A DNA stretch of 62,185 nucleotides, filler included, from Vezdaea acicularis (Eukaryota): assembly GCA_026025075.1 (NCBI GenBank). It is 5 parts of 5 records of this genome, joined end to end, with 100 filler letters (N's around TTAATTAATTAA, not from the genome) between each part and the next. Parts side by side here need not be neighbours in the genome. Positions count along the whole stretch, not along the records: positions 12,774 to 25,442 come from JAPEUI010000244.1; 4 more parts are not named here. One strand, 5' to 3'. This document shows, in pieces, positions 13,459 to 25,542 of this stretch. Made by a program: the position numbers and the translations under genes. Numbering within the stretch: position 1 is the first letter of the stretch; each line of letters opens with the position of its first letter. The notes under the pieces were generated by a model. The model had not been told where the DNA came from and made no database searches. It saw only the letters and a program-made list of their open reading frames with translations.

Positions 13459-15077
13459 TCCTCGCGTGCTTTGTTAACCAGTCTCGAGCAGCATGGTGAG
13501 ACGATATGGTCAAATGGAGTACTTGTGGCGAAATGGACTACCGTACGAATTTAAAGTTATGGGCTGCGCTAGCGAAAGGCGGCTTGACGAAGTCCTGCTA
13601 AGAAATATCTCCGAGAAGCGCGCCAAGCCTTCAAGAACAAATCGAAGCGTGCTGCCCGTAAGCGCGACCGGACAGCGTAGGTCACTTCTGATCGACCCAA
13701 CTGTCGTGCAGTGGCATTTGAGTTCTCCCCCCACGTCGCACTAATACTTGGGAAGGTTGGGGCTGGTAGATGCGTCAGCACTTTCCTGCCCGGTGGGAAA
13801 TAGACTGCCAAGAGCTCGATACGACGGTCGTGAGGTCGGAAAACAGTGCTCGGGTGTGTTTGCAGGAACGGCGCTAGGAAGCGGTAAGGCGGAGGACCGT
13901 AGTACTTTCCGGACCTTATTCCGAGTAAGGTCCTGACAACGTCCATGTGGTTTCGGGCGTGGGAAGTGATGCCGGCGCGTGTGCATCTCAATCGCATAAA
14001 CTGCGGTTTTCTTGACGTAAGTGGCTTGGCAGATACATTGCATGTCTTCTCTCCAGTCGCGCACGGCTAGCACCGTTCTTACGTCCGTATGTATACTTTT
14101 TAAACTTCTCATCCGATAAGTCACGCCACATGCGTACTTGAGACGTTGGACCTTTGGCGTCTGATCTCGCTAGAAGGATCGCAAGGACAGGGAAGTGAAG
14201 GGATTTCCGCGTCATATTGCATCGACGGTCATTGTTGATCGAAGGGATTGCCACTCTATCTGACGGACGTTCCCTTCACCACCTGAAGACTTTGGCTTGA
14301 AGCCTTTCACTAATAGTCTGAAGACACTTGTTACCGAGCCAATTGATATGGGTCAGGCAGGAATACGGCAAGGCGTGTGTACCTTGCGGCTGGGTTTCCG
14401 AGGTGGGTGGATGGGAATTTACCATCAGGCGGATTTCTGGCATCGCCCGCAGGAAGCGGCACAGTAACCATTGGCGTGAAGTTTTTAAGCGAGCGCGGTG
14501 TCGAACGATTGCGTCTAAAAAAGCACGGCCCCCTTCGCCCGAGTCACGACTGCGCAAAAAAACATTTGTCACGGAAAGTCGATCATCCCTTGTTTCAAGG
14601 CGCAATCTATTTGCTACGGTCTATCACGGACTGTTGATGATTTGATTTTGAGTATTCTAAATTCAACCGGCAAACGCCTCATGTAACCGCTGCGATAAAT
14701 TCCTGCAGTTGGGCCCCGTTGCCATACAACGCCCGCTCCCTGTCCCCAAGTGCAACGCTAGATGACGTGGAATCGCCGTGTAAAACTCCAGAGAAAGTGC
14801 ATTTTGTCCCCGTATCTTGCAAGTAGGGAATGGTCTTGACAAGCACCAGATCGAGCGGGTCAGCATGGTGACCCTGGCATCGATATTGGTGTGGTCGGGT
14901 AGATAGACGAGTCTGAAGGCGAGCCGGAGGAGTGTTCATAGGACTTTGATAAGGGAGGTGTCTGAAGAATTTCGAACCGGTCAGCGATCTAGTTGGGCTT
15001 ATATCGAAGATGAAGAAAGAAAGAAAAAGTCGAAAAAGTCGAGATCTGGTATCTTTTTTTTGCTCGAGAGAATTCGG

Positions 15078-15992
15078 CTATTGAGAAAAGTAATCGGGAT
15101 AATTTACATGTGTATTGTATGCTTGATATGATTCCAAGGGTGCATCTACGGCGTGGAGGGCGGCGTAGCTGACGTTGAATGGATTCATGGCTTCCTCGTC
15201 GAAGAAGGCGTCCTGTTTGCCGACGCCGCCATGGCCCGCGCCCATGCTTGGCAGTGTGGATGGGACTGGTAGTAGATAGGATGACTGAGCCGTCAAGGCA
15301 CCCTGCGAGGACATTGACATCGTCTGAGCTGGAGCTTGCTGGGCGTATGGGGCGTAGAGGCTTTGGTTTGAGGGCGAATAGGTGGGGTACGCGAACATGG
15401 GTGGTGAATTGGAGAGCTCGCGAGAATATTGCGAGTCCAGGAGCTCATCACGATCTTCGGACATCTGGCCGATGAATTGACTTTGGGTGATGAAGTCCGG
15501 CGATAGTGGGCGGTAGGAGGGCCTCGAGGTCTCATGCGCGCTTGAGCGCGAATCATGGTAATGGTCCTCTCGGCCATACTCCGAACTCGTGCGCTGGGAT
15601 TCCGGCGGAGGAGAGACCGAGCCGGAAGCCGCGCGACGCTCGAGATCTTCGAGACGCTTCTTTAGCTTCTTGCCTGCAACGGAGGAGTCAGCATCAGATG
15701 GAACGAAAGGGCGGCGTTGCAGCCAAGCCAGTCCATTTGCCCTTTCCCCCCCCCCCCCCCCCCCACAAACTTCTGAAGGGAATCGCGCGTGAATTAGGAG
15801 GAGGCACTTACGGTAGTTTCGCTGGGCAATGCGATTCTGAATCCTTCGTCTCTCGGCCAGATCGGATATTTTGGTCCAGTCTTCGTTGGGGTTTGCGCTG
15901 GCACTGAAGGCGCTGCTGGTGCCGTGGCTGGCCGTATATCTCGCGGTGGGCTGGCCCGCGTAGGCGTACGCCATGGTGGACTGCTTCTGCAT
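15078..15992 (-). CDS. bZIP transcription factor; intron 15811-15674
   Basis: EDWTKISDLAERRRIQNRIAQRNYR|KKLKKRLEDLERRA basic region plus zipper. The 3' end could include a further exon. Confidence 0.88.
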   Translation of the reverse strand: MQKQSTMAYAYAGQPTARYTASHGTSSAFSASANPNEDWTKISDLAERRRIQNRIAQRNYRKCLLLIHARFPSEVCGGGGGGERANGLAWLQRRPFVPSDADSSVAGKKLKKRLEDLERRAASGSVSPPPESQRTSSEYGREDHYHDSRSSAHETSRPSYRPLSPDFITQSQFIGQMSEDRDELLDSQYSRELSNSPPMFAYPTYSPSNQSLYAPYAQQAPAQTMSMSSQGALTAQSSYLLPVPSTLPSMGAGHGGVGKQDAFFDEEAMNPFNVSYAALHAVDAPLESYQAYNTHVNYPDYFSQ

Positions 15993-16513
15993 GATGGCGA
16001 TGGCGACGGTGAAGATAGAGAAAGAGCGCCGGGTGAGGAGATAGTTACGGTCAGAGTAGCAAGTGGGGGCACTTGCGTGTCGAAGGGCCTCGTCACGACT
16101 TGTTGCTGCGTATGGGCGAAGGGTGAAGAAGACGATGCGGAGGATGGAGCAAGTGTATATGTATTGGATGCGAGGGTGGGGTGGGTTGGGTTAGGTTGAT
16201 TGGGGGCGTTGGGCAGAGGAGCGTGGGAGCGGAGATAGCGACGTTCTCGGACGAGGGGAGGACGGACCCTTATTTATGAAGCTGAAAAGGGCAGAGCAGC
16301 AACGGTCCTGACAGCATCGCCGCGTGGAGCTCCCGGAGGCCCTGGGAAGCAGACCCCTGCTCGGCCGGAGGCTTGGGGGGGGGGGAAGGCATACGGGTGC
16401 GGTGTGGGAGAATGTACAGTTCCATTTGTGAGGTGCAGATCGCGGCGCCGCATGCATGATGGAAGCGGGGCCCGAGATGCAGCCTGGGATGGTCCGGGAT
16501 CCCTTGCACGCCC

Positions 16514-16588
16514 TGTGTCTGTCTGTGTGCGTGTGTGACGGTGCGTGTGAGAGAGTGCGTGTGAGAGAGTGCGTGCGTGCGTGCGTGT
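16514..16588. repeat. GT/GA-rich microsatellite-like tract upstream of the bZIP gene
   Basis: tgtgtctgtctgtgtgcgtgtgtg...gagagagtgcgtgcgtgcgtgcgtg. Confidence 0.6.
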
Positions 16589-19500
16589 CGATGTCCGCCC
16601 TCCGCGTTGGCAGAGGGGAAACGGGGGCGGGGTGTCGTTGTTGCGCCCATTGCCCGTCCTCCGCCGCCGTGTGGTTCGGCGTGCTCCTGGATACGGTGTC
16701 CGAGCAAGGCTTAGGGCCATCTTTTTCGGCCCTCTGTCGCAGGTTAATTTGGGGTCGGCGAAGGGGAGATCGGAGGGGGAGACCCTGGTCCGCCCTCGTC
16801 CGGAGAGTCGGCCGTCCGTGTGACGGAGCGTTCGCGAGCAGCCTGAGGGGCGGATGGCGGATGGCGCGAGGCTCGGCGAGGAGCGGCGTCCGGGGGGTGA
16901 TCGGCCGTAGGCTATAATGGGAGATTTCGACGGGCGAAAATAGACACAAATTAGCCCGGATGCAGTAAGCGAGGAGCGGGGGCCGGCACGGTGGGGGGCG
17001 GCAAATGCCCCCAAATTAGGTCGATTTAAACATAGGTTAGCCTCTGCGCGCAAACGACGCAGCCAATCAGCGCGGCGGAGGCCTCGGGGGAATCGCAGCC
17101 AGCTGCATGACAAGCGCATCGCGCAACGCGCAACGCGCAACCCCCCCCCCATTATAGTTCAGCTCTCTGCCCTACGCCGACCACCCGGCGTCACCCACGG
17201 CCGCTCCTCCCCTTCGCGGTGGCACGTCTGACAGCGTGCCGCTGCACATGATACGCGACGGACGGCGGGATGCATTCCGCGGGTGGAGGAAGAAGCTTCT
17301 CACCGAGCGCCCCTTCCTCTCTCCCTCCCCCCCCTCCCCCCGCGGCCGTTCCCCTTTCCCTCCACAAGGCTCGCAGGGCTGCAGATAGCTTAGAAGGTCG
17401 GCTGCGTCGTGCTAACCCCCGTTTCGTCCGTCTATCCGTCTATCCGTCGTTGCCTTACCGAGAGCAGACGCGCAGAGAGACAGACAGACGTGACTTGGGT
17501 CCGGCACGCGGCGTCAGATACTGACATACGCCCGCCAGCGGCAACAGCAGCAGCACCATCAGCAACAGTAGCAAAAACAGCAACGGCAGGATTCTGCTCG
17601 CGTGTGCTGAAGGGGCTGGTGGGTTTAGCGTCGAGTTGGAGAGACGATCGACGAATGCCGCCGCACGGCGCGCAGGCGTTCACATCGCTCGAGAAAGAGC
17701 GGAGAGCGAGCGACAGAGATTGCAAATGGGCGCACCAAGGCGACATGGACGATGAGCAATCGCGATGGCGATGGCGGTGCTCCCTCGGTGTGGCCCTTAG
17801 CTTTCCGCCTAGCCTTCCGCCGTTGTGCTTGTTTGATGGGTCAATGCCACGCTCAAAATACGACTCTGATACCACGTTAGAAATCCATATTTCACATCAA
17901 GGCCATTCGGAAGCACGGCATGATACGTCATGGGAGCCTGGCGCATCGTGGACAAAGGTAGGGTTTCTTCTAAGTCCGAGCCTTCGTCCGTCGTTGCGGT
18001 CCACCGCTGTCTTGCCCACGCCAGCTGCTCGGTCGTGCTCCGGGTCATTCATTTAGAATGCTGACTCCATTCCCCTTCGCCCACGGAGGCCCCCGATGGA
18101 CATGAGCTACCGCCATTTGGCTGCGACGATCTCCCTCGTTGTCTCGTGCTAGCCTGTTTCGCCAAGCGAGGACAAGCGACGACGGTCCTCCCTAACGGGC
18201 CTTTTTCTCCTCCTCGTTCCACTTTCGGCAGGAGGTTCACCGTGGGTTCCAACAAAGATCCAACGAATGACGCGGCAGCGGACGACGGGGACGAATCACG
18301 GATCATAGGTGACAGACGGAGAGGGAGTCTGTTGCGTCCGAAAGATCGAGTCCCGGTCATATCGGAGATGTGCTGTGCGCGAAGGGCATGGATGGATTGG
18401 AAAGGGCAGCGCATGTTCCACCTTGAGACGGACGAGTTCTTCTTCAGATGGGGGGAGGCACGACTGGGGTAGCTCGACGCCTGCCGAAGCCTCCACCGCC
18501 AGTGCGTCTGCCAGATGGGCGGCGCGCGGGCCTGTATCACCCCAAGGGCGCGGTGAGCACGAGCGTGCACGGTCGACGGTTGGCCGGCGGATGGCGATCG
18601 TCGTGATTTAAGATTCCCGGCCATTACCAAGCATGCCATGCACGAACACCGCTGACCAAGCGCCTAGGCCGCATGGGGCAAGGCTTGCGTGCGCGAGCAG
18701 GGGGTTCGTGCCAAGCCACCCCTCCTCTGCCGCTCTTGCCCTGTCACGGCCTGTCATGGCCTCCTTCTCTTTCTGTTCTTTTTGTTCCTTCCGGGGGCCG
18801 GAGGTTGATTGGCCGATTCCCCCGGGTGAGCGAGGGCAGCGCGCAAACGAATTAGCGGCCATTCGATGTCCTTGCTGACTTCCTCAGCTCAACCACCCCA
18901 GACCTCTTGTGCAGAGCCCCGATCTAGCACACGGGGCATCTCGGTCTGATTGGCGGTCCTGCTTTGACTGGACTCGGCGATAGAACCCCAGAATGGCCAA
19001 GCCTCAAAGACCCTGAGTATGCCCGCTCATTCAGACTTGGCTTTCCTTGTCCCCAATCCGAGTGAAGCGATCCTCGTTTCCCATCATGTCCTCCCAAAAA
19101 GGCATGGATCATGTCGCGCACAGGAGGCAACGCACTCCCTTTCCCCATTCGGTGATCGGCCAATAATGTCAGGTCAGGATCGGGTTTGATGACTGATTTC
19201 CTCCGACCGCCGAGGACCTCAGGGCCGTAGCGGTGACTTTGCAACACCGCACCAGATGGACGCGGATCCTTTCTGTCTATTGCAGAGTCCATTGAAGAAG
19301 AGCACTCGCACGGTATGAAGCGATCATTGGGGAGACTATGGATGATTTGGGGGCGCTTCAACGGGGTTTCTTCGGCGACGAATCCGTTTGCATATGCGAG
19401 ACTGATGATATTCACCATGCCACTTGGCGACCAATGGGGGGCTGACGTTATGAGTCCTCCTCTCAAGGCAAGACCATGACCGCCGTGTAGACGTTTTCCT

Positions 19501-19882
19501 CTCACGATCTCGGAAGATCCTCAGCCGTTGAAACTGAAAATCTGCGCCCCACCGCGAGATTTAGCCGAGGTCTGCAAGAGCTGAAGGTTTTCCCCAAAAT
19601 GCACAACAACATCTCCTGCACTTCACCGCCCCGGCCGTGTCGGGCGTGACGGAACTCAGCAACGCCGAAACAATCGAGATGTGGAATCCCATCAATTTGA
19701 TTCATCCCCTAACTAATACACCCGGTAAACGGCTGGGAAGTCCCGCTTCGATATCGTATCAATATACAGGCTTTCAGCTCCACCGCCCACCTCACACACC
19801 CCATGTTCGCGACCACCGGCGACACTGCCACATTTGGGAGAAAAATAGCTAACCGATTCTCTTACTTTGCCGGGGACCAGCT

Positions 19883-20726
19883 TTATTCATCGCCCTTCTT
19901 GGATTTCTTGCTTTTACTCGCCGGAGCACCTTCCTTCTTCTGGCGAACTTCTAGACGTGTCCACGATTCTTCCTTGTCCCACACGAATCCTTCCAGAATA
20001 GGCAGCTCCAGTTCATCATCGGCCTTGGACATTTGTTTTTCAGTAAAAAGAATGCTTCATGAATGTTCGGGTGAACGGATTACGAGTGTGGGACCAACCT
20101 TTTTCTTGAATTGTTTGTAGATTGCATCTAGTGCATCCTTGATCGTGACACCTTTCAGATTTCGGGCGGTCACTTCCAGTCCGAGCGGGAAATGTAGGTC
20201 TATCTTCTTGACCGGTGGGGTCGTGAGGAATTTCTTCAGTGTGTCCTTTTCATCCAACGTCGCAGGTGAAGTGTTCAGCTTCCTGCGTCCTCGGTCAGTC
20301 ATGGGGATCTAGACTGGAGACTGCCGTGTGGAATGAGATATATCAAAGAGGAACGGGTGGAGAGGAGCAGGAGAGGGAAATTAAAGATGATCCACCGCAA
20401 TGTGGCACGCATTCGGTGATTTCACTCATGAAGAGGAACAGACAGCATGCTCCGTTTACGCGACATCAACCTACCAGTTGAGTTTCTGTGTCTCTTTCGC
20501 TATCTGCAGCTCTTTGCCTTCCTTTTCTATTACTGACGCATTAGAATTCATTGGGTGATGAACTATGGAAGGGCCACCGACCTAGGTCACTGATATTATA
20601 CACGCCAGCAGCACTGCTGCTCGTCCTCCGATGTCCTTTCTCCTTTGCAGCATCTTTCGGGGGAGAAGACGATAAGCCGGACACGGCCGAGTCAACTTTG
20701 GTCAAAGGCGCAGTATCAGCGGACAT
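19883..20726 (-). CDS. Small fungal hypothetical protein, about 4 exons
   Basis: Spliced MSADTAPLTKVDSAV...HRRTSSSAAGVYNISDL|EKEGKELQIAKETQKLNW|KLNTSP...LHFPLGLEVTARNLKGVTIKDALDAIYKQFKKK|ADDEL...GFVWDKEESWTRLEV...KKGDE*; splice sites keep the frame. Confidence 0.8.
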
Positions 20727-23118
20727 GATTGCAGTGTATGGTGTTGGGGGTATTTGTTTCAAGCTCAAAGAACTTCAACGGTTGGTAGCGGTTTGATTGC
20801 AGCAGGTTCCAAGTATACCTAGCGGATGAATAGAAGGAAAGCTGTCGTTCAGGTACGGCAGCAAGGAGGAGAGGTATGATGGCGGGATGGGTTCCACCAT
20901 CGATCTCGTGCGGGGTCACAAAGACTGACGCACCCACCCAGGTGAAGTGAGGGTGTGACCAAGGCCCGGAAGCTCCTTGGACTACCCCGCAATTGGTTAG
21001 GAAGGGCAAGGAGCCAGGGCCTTGCGACCAAGCTTGAGACGCCCTGATCCTCATTAGACATCACCGGGCCGTCATCATCATTGCATCTATCATCCTCTGT
21101 TATCATAGACACTCCACATGTGCATCGCATGAGATGTCTGTAGTTAACGCGTCGCTTCTCTGCGATCAAACGACTTCCTACTTCTTCCAGCTCTCTAGTG
21201 CTTCCCCGCATTCGCTTCGCTACGCTGCAGTCTCCACCAGGGTTGTGAGGGAGCACTAATGCCACCGAGTACTGCAAGGCTGAATCGCAGACAACGTCCT
21301 CTACTTTCATTATCCTGCCGCTTGCCGCTTTTAAAAATTCCACACCACCTCATACATGTGAGCGTGATGAAGGCGTAGTCGAATCGCATGCCAAGTTTGG
21401 CACTGGATTACGCTTGCCACGTGACCCACACCTCAAGGCGTGCGACAGGTACATCGGATCTCGGTTTACGCCCCAAGTTGAAGGACACGTCTTAAATTGG
21501 GAGTATCTCGCATGATCCAAATTGAGGAGCTACTCATCTCGCCTGCCTTAGGCATGTCGATACTTGTATCGATTGCTTTGGGTCCTCCTTTTATAACCCT
21601 TTTCTCTCTCCTGCCATGAGCATCTTTTGGCTCCAGCCATCCGTCAACGATCTTTCCGCTTCTCTTCTCCACCTGTTTACTATGGAGTGAACTTGTTTCA
21701 AAACCTAACAGAGTAATAGACACCACAACAAGGAATAGGCTTAGCTTCCAAATCTCTTTGCATTCACAACAATAGCTCTCCAACCCTCGAGCGATTCCTC
21801 AGCAACGACATAATATGCCACTCGCCGACTCATCCTGGAATGTGCAACCCTGTTCACCAAGTGCCAGTGCTTGAATAGTCAAGGGCGTGCAAGTCAATAC
21901 CGTCTAGCCCATACGTTTCTAATGCCGCGAAGGCTGCGAAGTCCAGCAATGCTAGCCTTGGAGGCATCTATCAGTTACCTCCCACCGAACAGAATTCATA
22001 TCTTTCAAAAAGATGTAGTCTTGAATTTTCGATTGTGTTTAACGTTAACGTGCATGGGACATCAGATCTCTAACCTAAGCAAAAAAGTTCCCCACTCATC
22101 TCCCGTCCCGCTCACCCTAAATCCCCCTCCTGTCGGACCAACACTCTTCTATTCTCCCATCCGTCAATGCTTCCTATCACACGCGTTCGTCTACTCGCCA
22201 TCCACAGTATGGTAGGGCTATTTACAGCCGACGCTGAGTGGGCAGAATGACAAGACTGAGCTTATCGTCTCCTTTCACTTACTCTCCGAATGAACATCCC
22301 GTGGAATAGTAGCAGCGATTTTCAATCAGATATTTGTAAGGGAGCGAAGAATCAATATGGACAATGAATACCTAAAACTGTGCTCCTCGCTCCCGTCCCA
22401 AAGTCAGGGTGGATTTGAAACCAGGGGTCTGACTTGGCTGTGAAGGGCTCTGTCACTAAGATTTGAAAGACTTGTAGCTCCGAACTTATGGGCCAGGCTA
22501 ATAGTGACGTGAAGAGAGTGTATGAAGCGTGTGGGATCTCCAAAATCCCGACCTTTCTGGTTCCAAGGGGCCTGGAATTGAATAGTTGAGCCCTTTGAAA
22601 AGACGTAAGCTCGAGTCGCGTGAAGTAGGCTGAGATGATTCGCTTTTGAGCGTTAGCAATAACTAGCCTACCGTAAGGCGAATAGGAGGTAATTATCTCA
22701 TTTTACATCAGTGGAAGGTCTTATGAAATGGGCTCTCCACGTATATAGTTGCCAAGATCGACTCTGGGCACTCTCGGCCAAGACCCAGGAGACATTTCAT
22801 TTTGCACTTCACGCTAGCGCGGTTCTATGGGTAACGCCTGGAATTCAAAACCGTCAAAACTCTCAGAGGTGAGAGCCGCAATGCATGATACTGACTATAC
22901 CACCCACGTGTCCGAGAACTCCATGTGTGAGAGTTTGACGCAAACGCCAACCGTCTGGGACATCCCTGCTCCTCAAGACATTCCGTAAGAACGATCTTTT
23001 TCGCCCCCTCCCCAACAATATGAGAAAGCCAGAGATAAGGGAGCCATCGTTGACCTTAACTGTGGCATGCGCAGTAATCAAATGAAGTGGCGATTCGCAT
23101 TAACCTTGTTTCCAACGT

Positions 23119-24201
23119 TCAGCCACCATTCCCCGCTCCGTTCGTGTCCATTCTACCAGCCGTGTCGACCAGCATTCCATTTGGATCGACAACCTGTTTA
23201 CGCCTTCGGATTGGTGCCTTCTTCCTTTTAGTGAAAACTGCTCCGTCGTCACTGTCATCCTCGTTACTCGGTCCATATCGTCCCAGGTGTATGCGTCGTT
23301 CATCTAATTCATTAATGTCGTTTGGTTTTGATCGTAGCCATCTCATCCGTGGGCCTCCCTTCGATACTTCTGCTACTTTGAAGCCATATATCTTCGGCTC
23401 ATAGATCTTTCCATCGCCGAGCCCAGGCGCTAAGTTTGCTGTCGGCACGCCATTTATTGTCGTAGGTTGAGGTGGTAATGACTCTTGCTCGGAAGAAGCA
23501 GCCGTTAGGCCAGATAGAGTCGAAGGGGATCGTGCTTTCTCTATAGCTGGTAGTCCCTCCGCTCTGGCGCTTACGTCAAGGTCAGGAAACGTAAAAAAGA
23601 AGAGATTTCCAAACGTCGTTCCAAAGTATGCCCCATCAACAGACTGGAATCGACTGTTTGGTGGAACGTAGACGTCCTGACAACTTGGACAGTAAAGCTT
23701 CACAGTATCTATTCCAGGTGTGTCCGTGATACCGACTGGCAGTACTCTGCAGCTATTGCAGAGCGTGCGTGGACAAACTCCGAAGTGTTGCAGGTCGTAT
23801 TTCTCAGCCATTTGTTGAATACCAGGCCTTGATGTGATGTACCGCTGATGAATGAGGCCGTAGAGTGTCTCCGCCGAAGTCTCTATCATACTGAGATCGC
23901 TAGCTATTCGCATGTGCCTTCTTTCGCCTGCTCTCCTATAACCAACTGGCTTATCCTCACCTAGCGCATCATCATCCTCGTCTTCCTCCTCTTCATCTTC
24001 TTCCTCCTCCTCATCTTCTTCTGGTTCAACATCTAATATCATCTCAAGGGCTTCTTTGTACATCTGTACTTGCGACTGAAGCCCGGTAAGATTGAAGTCA
24101 TCTTCTATGAAATCTTCTGACACCTCGGCGAAGTATTCGTGACCGAGCAGAGAGCAGAATGATGATATCCAGGACTCAGGTTGAGGTGACGAGGTAGACA
24201 T
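23119..24201 (-). CDS. CKB1: Casein kinase II regulatory beta subunit, single coding exon
   Basis: SWISSFCSLLGHEYFAEVSEDFIEDDFNLTGL, long acidic loop, zinc ribbon CPRTLC...CPSC, VDGAYFGTTF and YEPKIYGFK. Confidence 0.96.
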   Translation of the reverse strand: MSTSSPQPESWISSFCSLLGHEYFAEVSEDFIEDDFNLTGLQSQVQMYKEALEMILDVEPEEDEEEEEDEEEEDEDDDALGEDKPVGYRRAGERRHMRIASDLSMIETSAETLYGLIHQRYITSRPGIQQMAEKYDLQHFGVCPRTLCNSCRVLPVGITDTPGIDTVKLYCPSCQDVYVPPNSRFQSVDGAYFGTTFGNLFFFTFPDLDVSARAEGLPAIEKARSPSTLSGLTAASSEQESLPPQPTTINGVPTANLAPGLGDGKIYEPKIYGFKVAEVSKGGPRMRWLRSKPNDINELDERRIHLGRYGPSNEDDSDDGAVFTKRKKAPIRRRKQVVDPNGMLVDTAGRMDTNGAGNGG

Positions 24202-25319
24202 GGTTGCGTGTGGTAGACCTGGAAGAGAGTAACCCTCTCAGGTCTCTCAGACTGCGCAGTGTGAGTGACAGGCCGATGATTGAAACAGTCTGAAGGCCAG
24301 GTGTGATGATACTATTTGAATGATGAAGCGCGCTCGTAATCAGTAAGGCTCTACTTTGTATGCAGTTGAACTAATGGAATGAGAAGAATTGGAACTCAGA
24401 TCGCCTGTATGAAATTGCAACCACCCACAGGTGAAGAAGTTGGCGTTGAGAGTGAAGCCCTAGCTTCCTAAGGCGCAGCGCGATTAGACTTCATTGGAAT
24501 TGTCTCTCGTATAGAGAGGGCATTGTGATATTGAAGTTATTGCAGTTGCGGATCCTTAAGCGAGCCATTTGTTCCCAGGCCACAATATCGGGGTTTGCTG
24601 CGCTGCGGTGGCTTTCATATCCCGCTTACGTGCTCCACTATAAGAGGCCCTAAACCAAGAACTCATTTGTATTCAAAAAGGAACCTGAGATCTTCCTCGC
24701 TACACTGCCGTGGTTGCCAACCTACGTAACTTGAAGCACGCAAGGTTGCCATGTCGGTCGTTCCGCGTCTCGTCACTCACGTCGAATTCGTGGCTTCGCC
24801 TGCGCGCGGGTTATCTTCGTCGGTTATGTCCCATGTCGCGAGCTTTTGCCAGCTATGCCAGCTTGGCTTCGTCGTAAGGGTTGGTCGGTTGCCAACATTC
24901 CGCCAACATCATGTCCGTTCAAAAGCTGTGTCAGACCGGCAACAGCCCTTGGTTTGCCAAAAAGCCCCCGAAAGTAAAATAGATATAAGTAGACGGGATT
25001 GGTGGCTCGTGAGCAATGGGTTCTTTCTGAGAGCGTCAGCAATTAATGATAATTGTTCATAATGATTGCTTGATAGTAGTCGCCGCTTCCATCTTACCCT
25101 ATGCCTTGCTGAATCTTATCCCACAATTGAACATTCCCCCTTTTCCTCTTCTCATTTCCACGAATGTTCATCATCTTTTTAGATCATACGAATTGAACAG
25201 TGGGGAGTTAGTGGTATCTGTGGCACTTTGGCATTGCTACAGTGGCTTTGTAGGGGGTTGTGACGCCTTGTGGTGTCTTGCGCGTGGTTTTGAAGCCGTA
25301 AAAAGGGCCCGGCGTATTT

Positions 25320-25442
25320 TTAGGGTTAGGGTTAGGGTTAGGGTTAGGGTTAGGGTTAGGGTTAGGGTTAGGGTTAGGGTTAGGGTTAGGGTTAGGGTTA
25401 GGGTTAGGGTTAGGGTTAGGGTTAGGGTTAGGGTTAGGGTTA
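25320..25442 (+). repeat. Telomeric (TTAGGG)n, about 20 perfect units at the contig end
   Basis: Perfect array with the G-rich strand running 5'->3' toward the contig end. Confidence 0.96.
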
Positions 25443-25542
25443 NNNNNNNNNNNNNNNNNNNNNNNNNNNNNNNNNNNNNNNNNNNNTTAATTAATTAANN
25501 NNNNNNNNNNNNNNNNNNNNNNNNNNNNNNNNNNNNNNNNNN
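25443..25542. other. Artificial contig linker
   Basis: N44-TTAATTAATTAA-N44. Confidence 0.98.

Noticed and set aside
16191..19705. Many overlapping ORFs upstream of the bZIP gene
   Set aside because: GC-rich, low-complexity promoter-like DNA with no domains or coherent exon structure.
25046..25498. ORF with poly-(RV)
   Set aside because: Translation of the telomere repeat and the linker.
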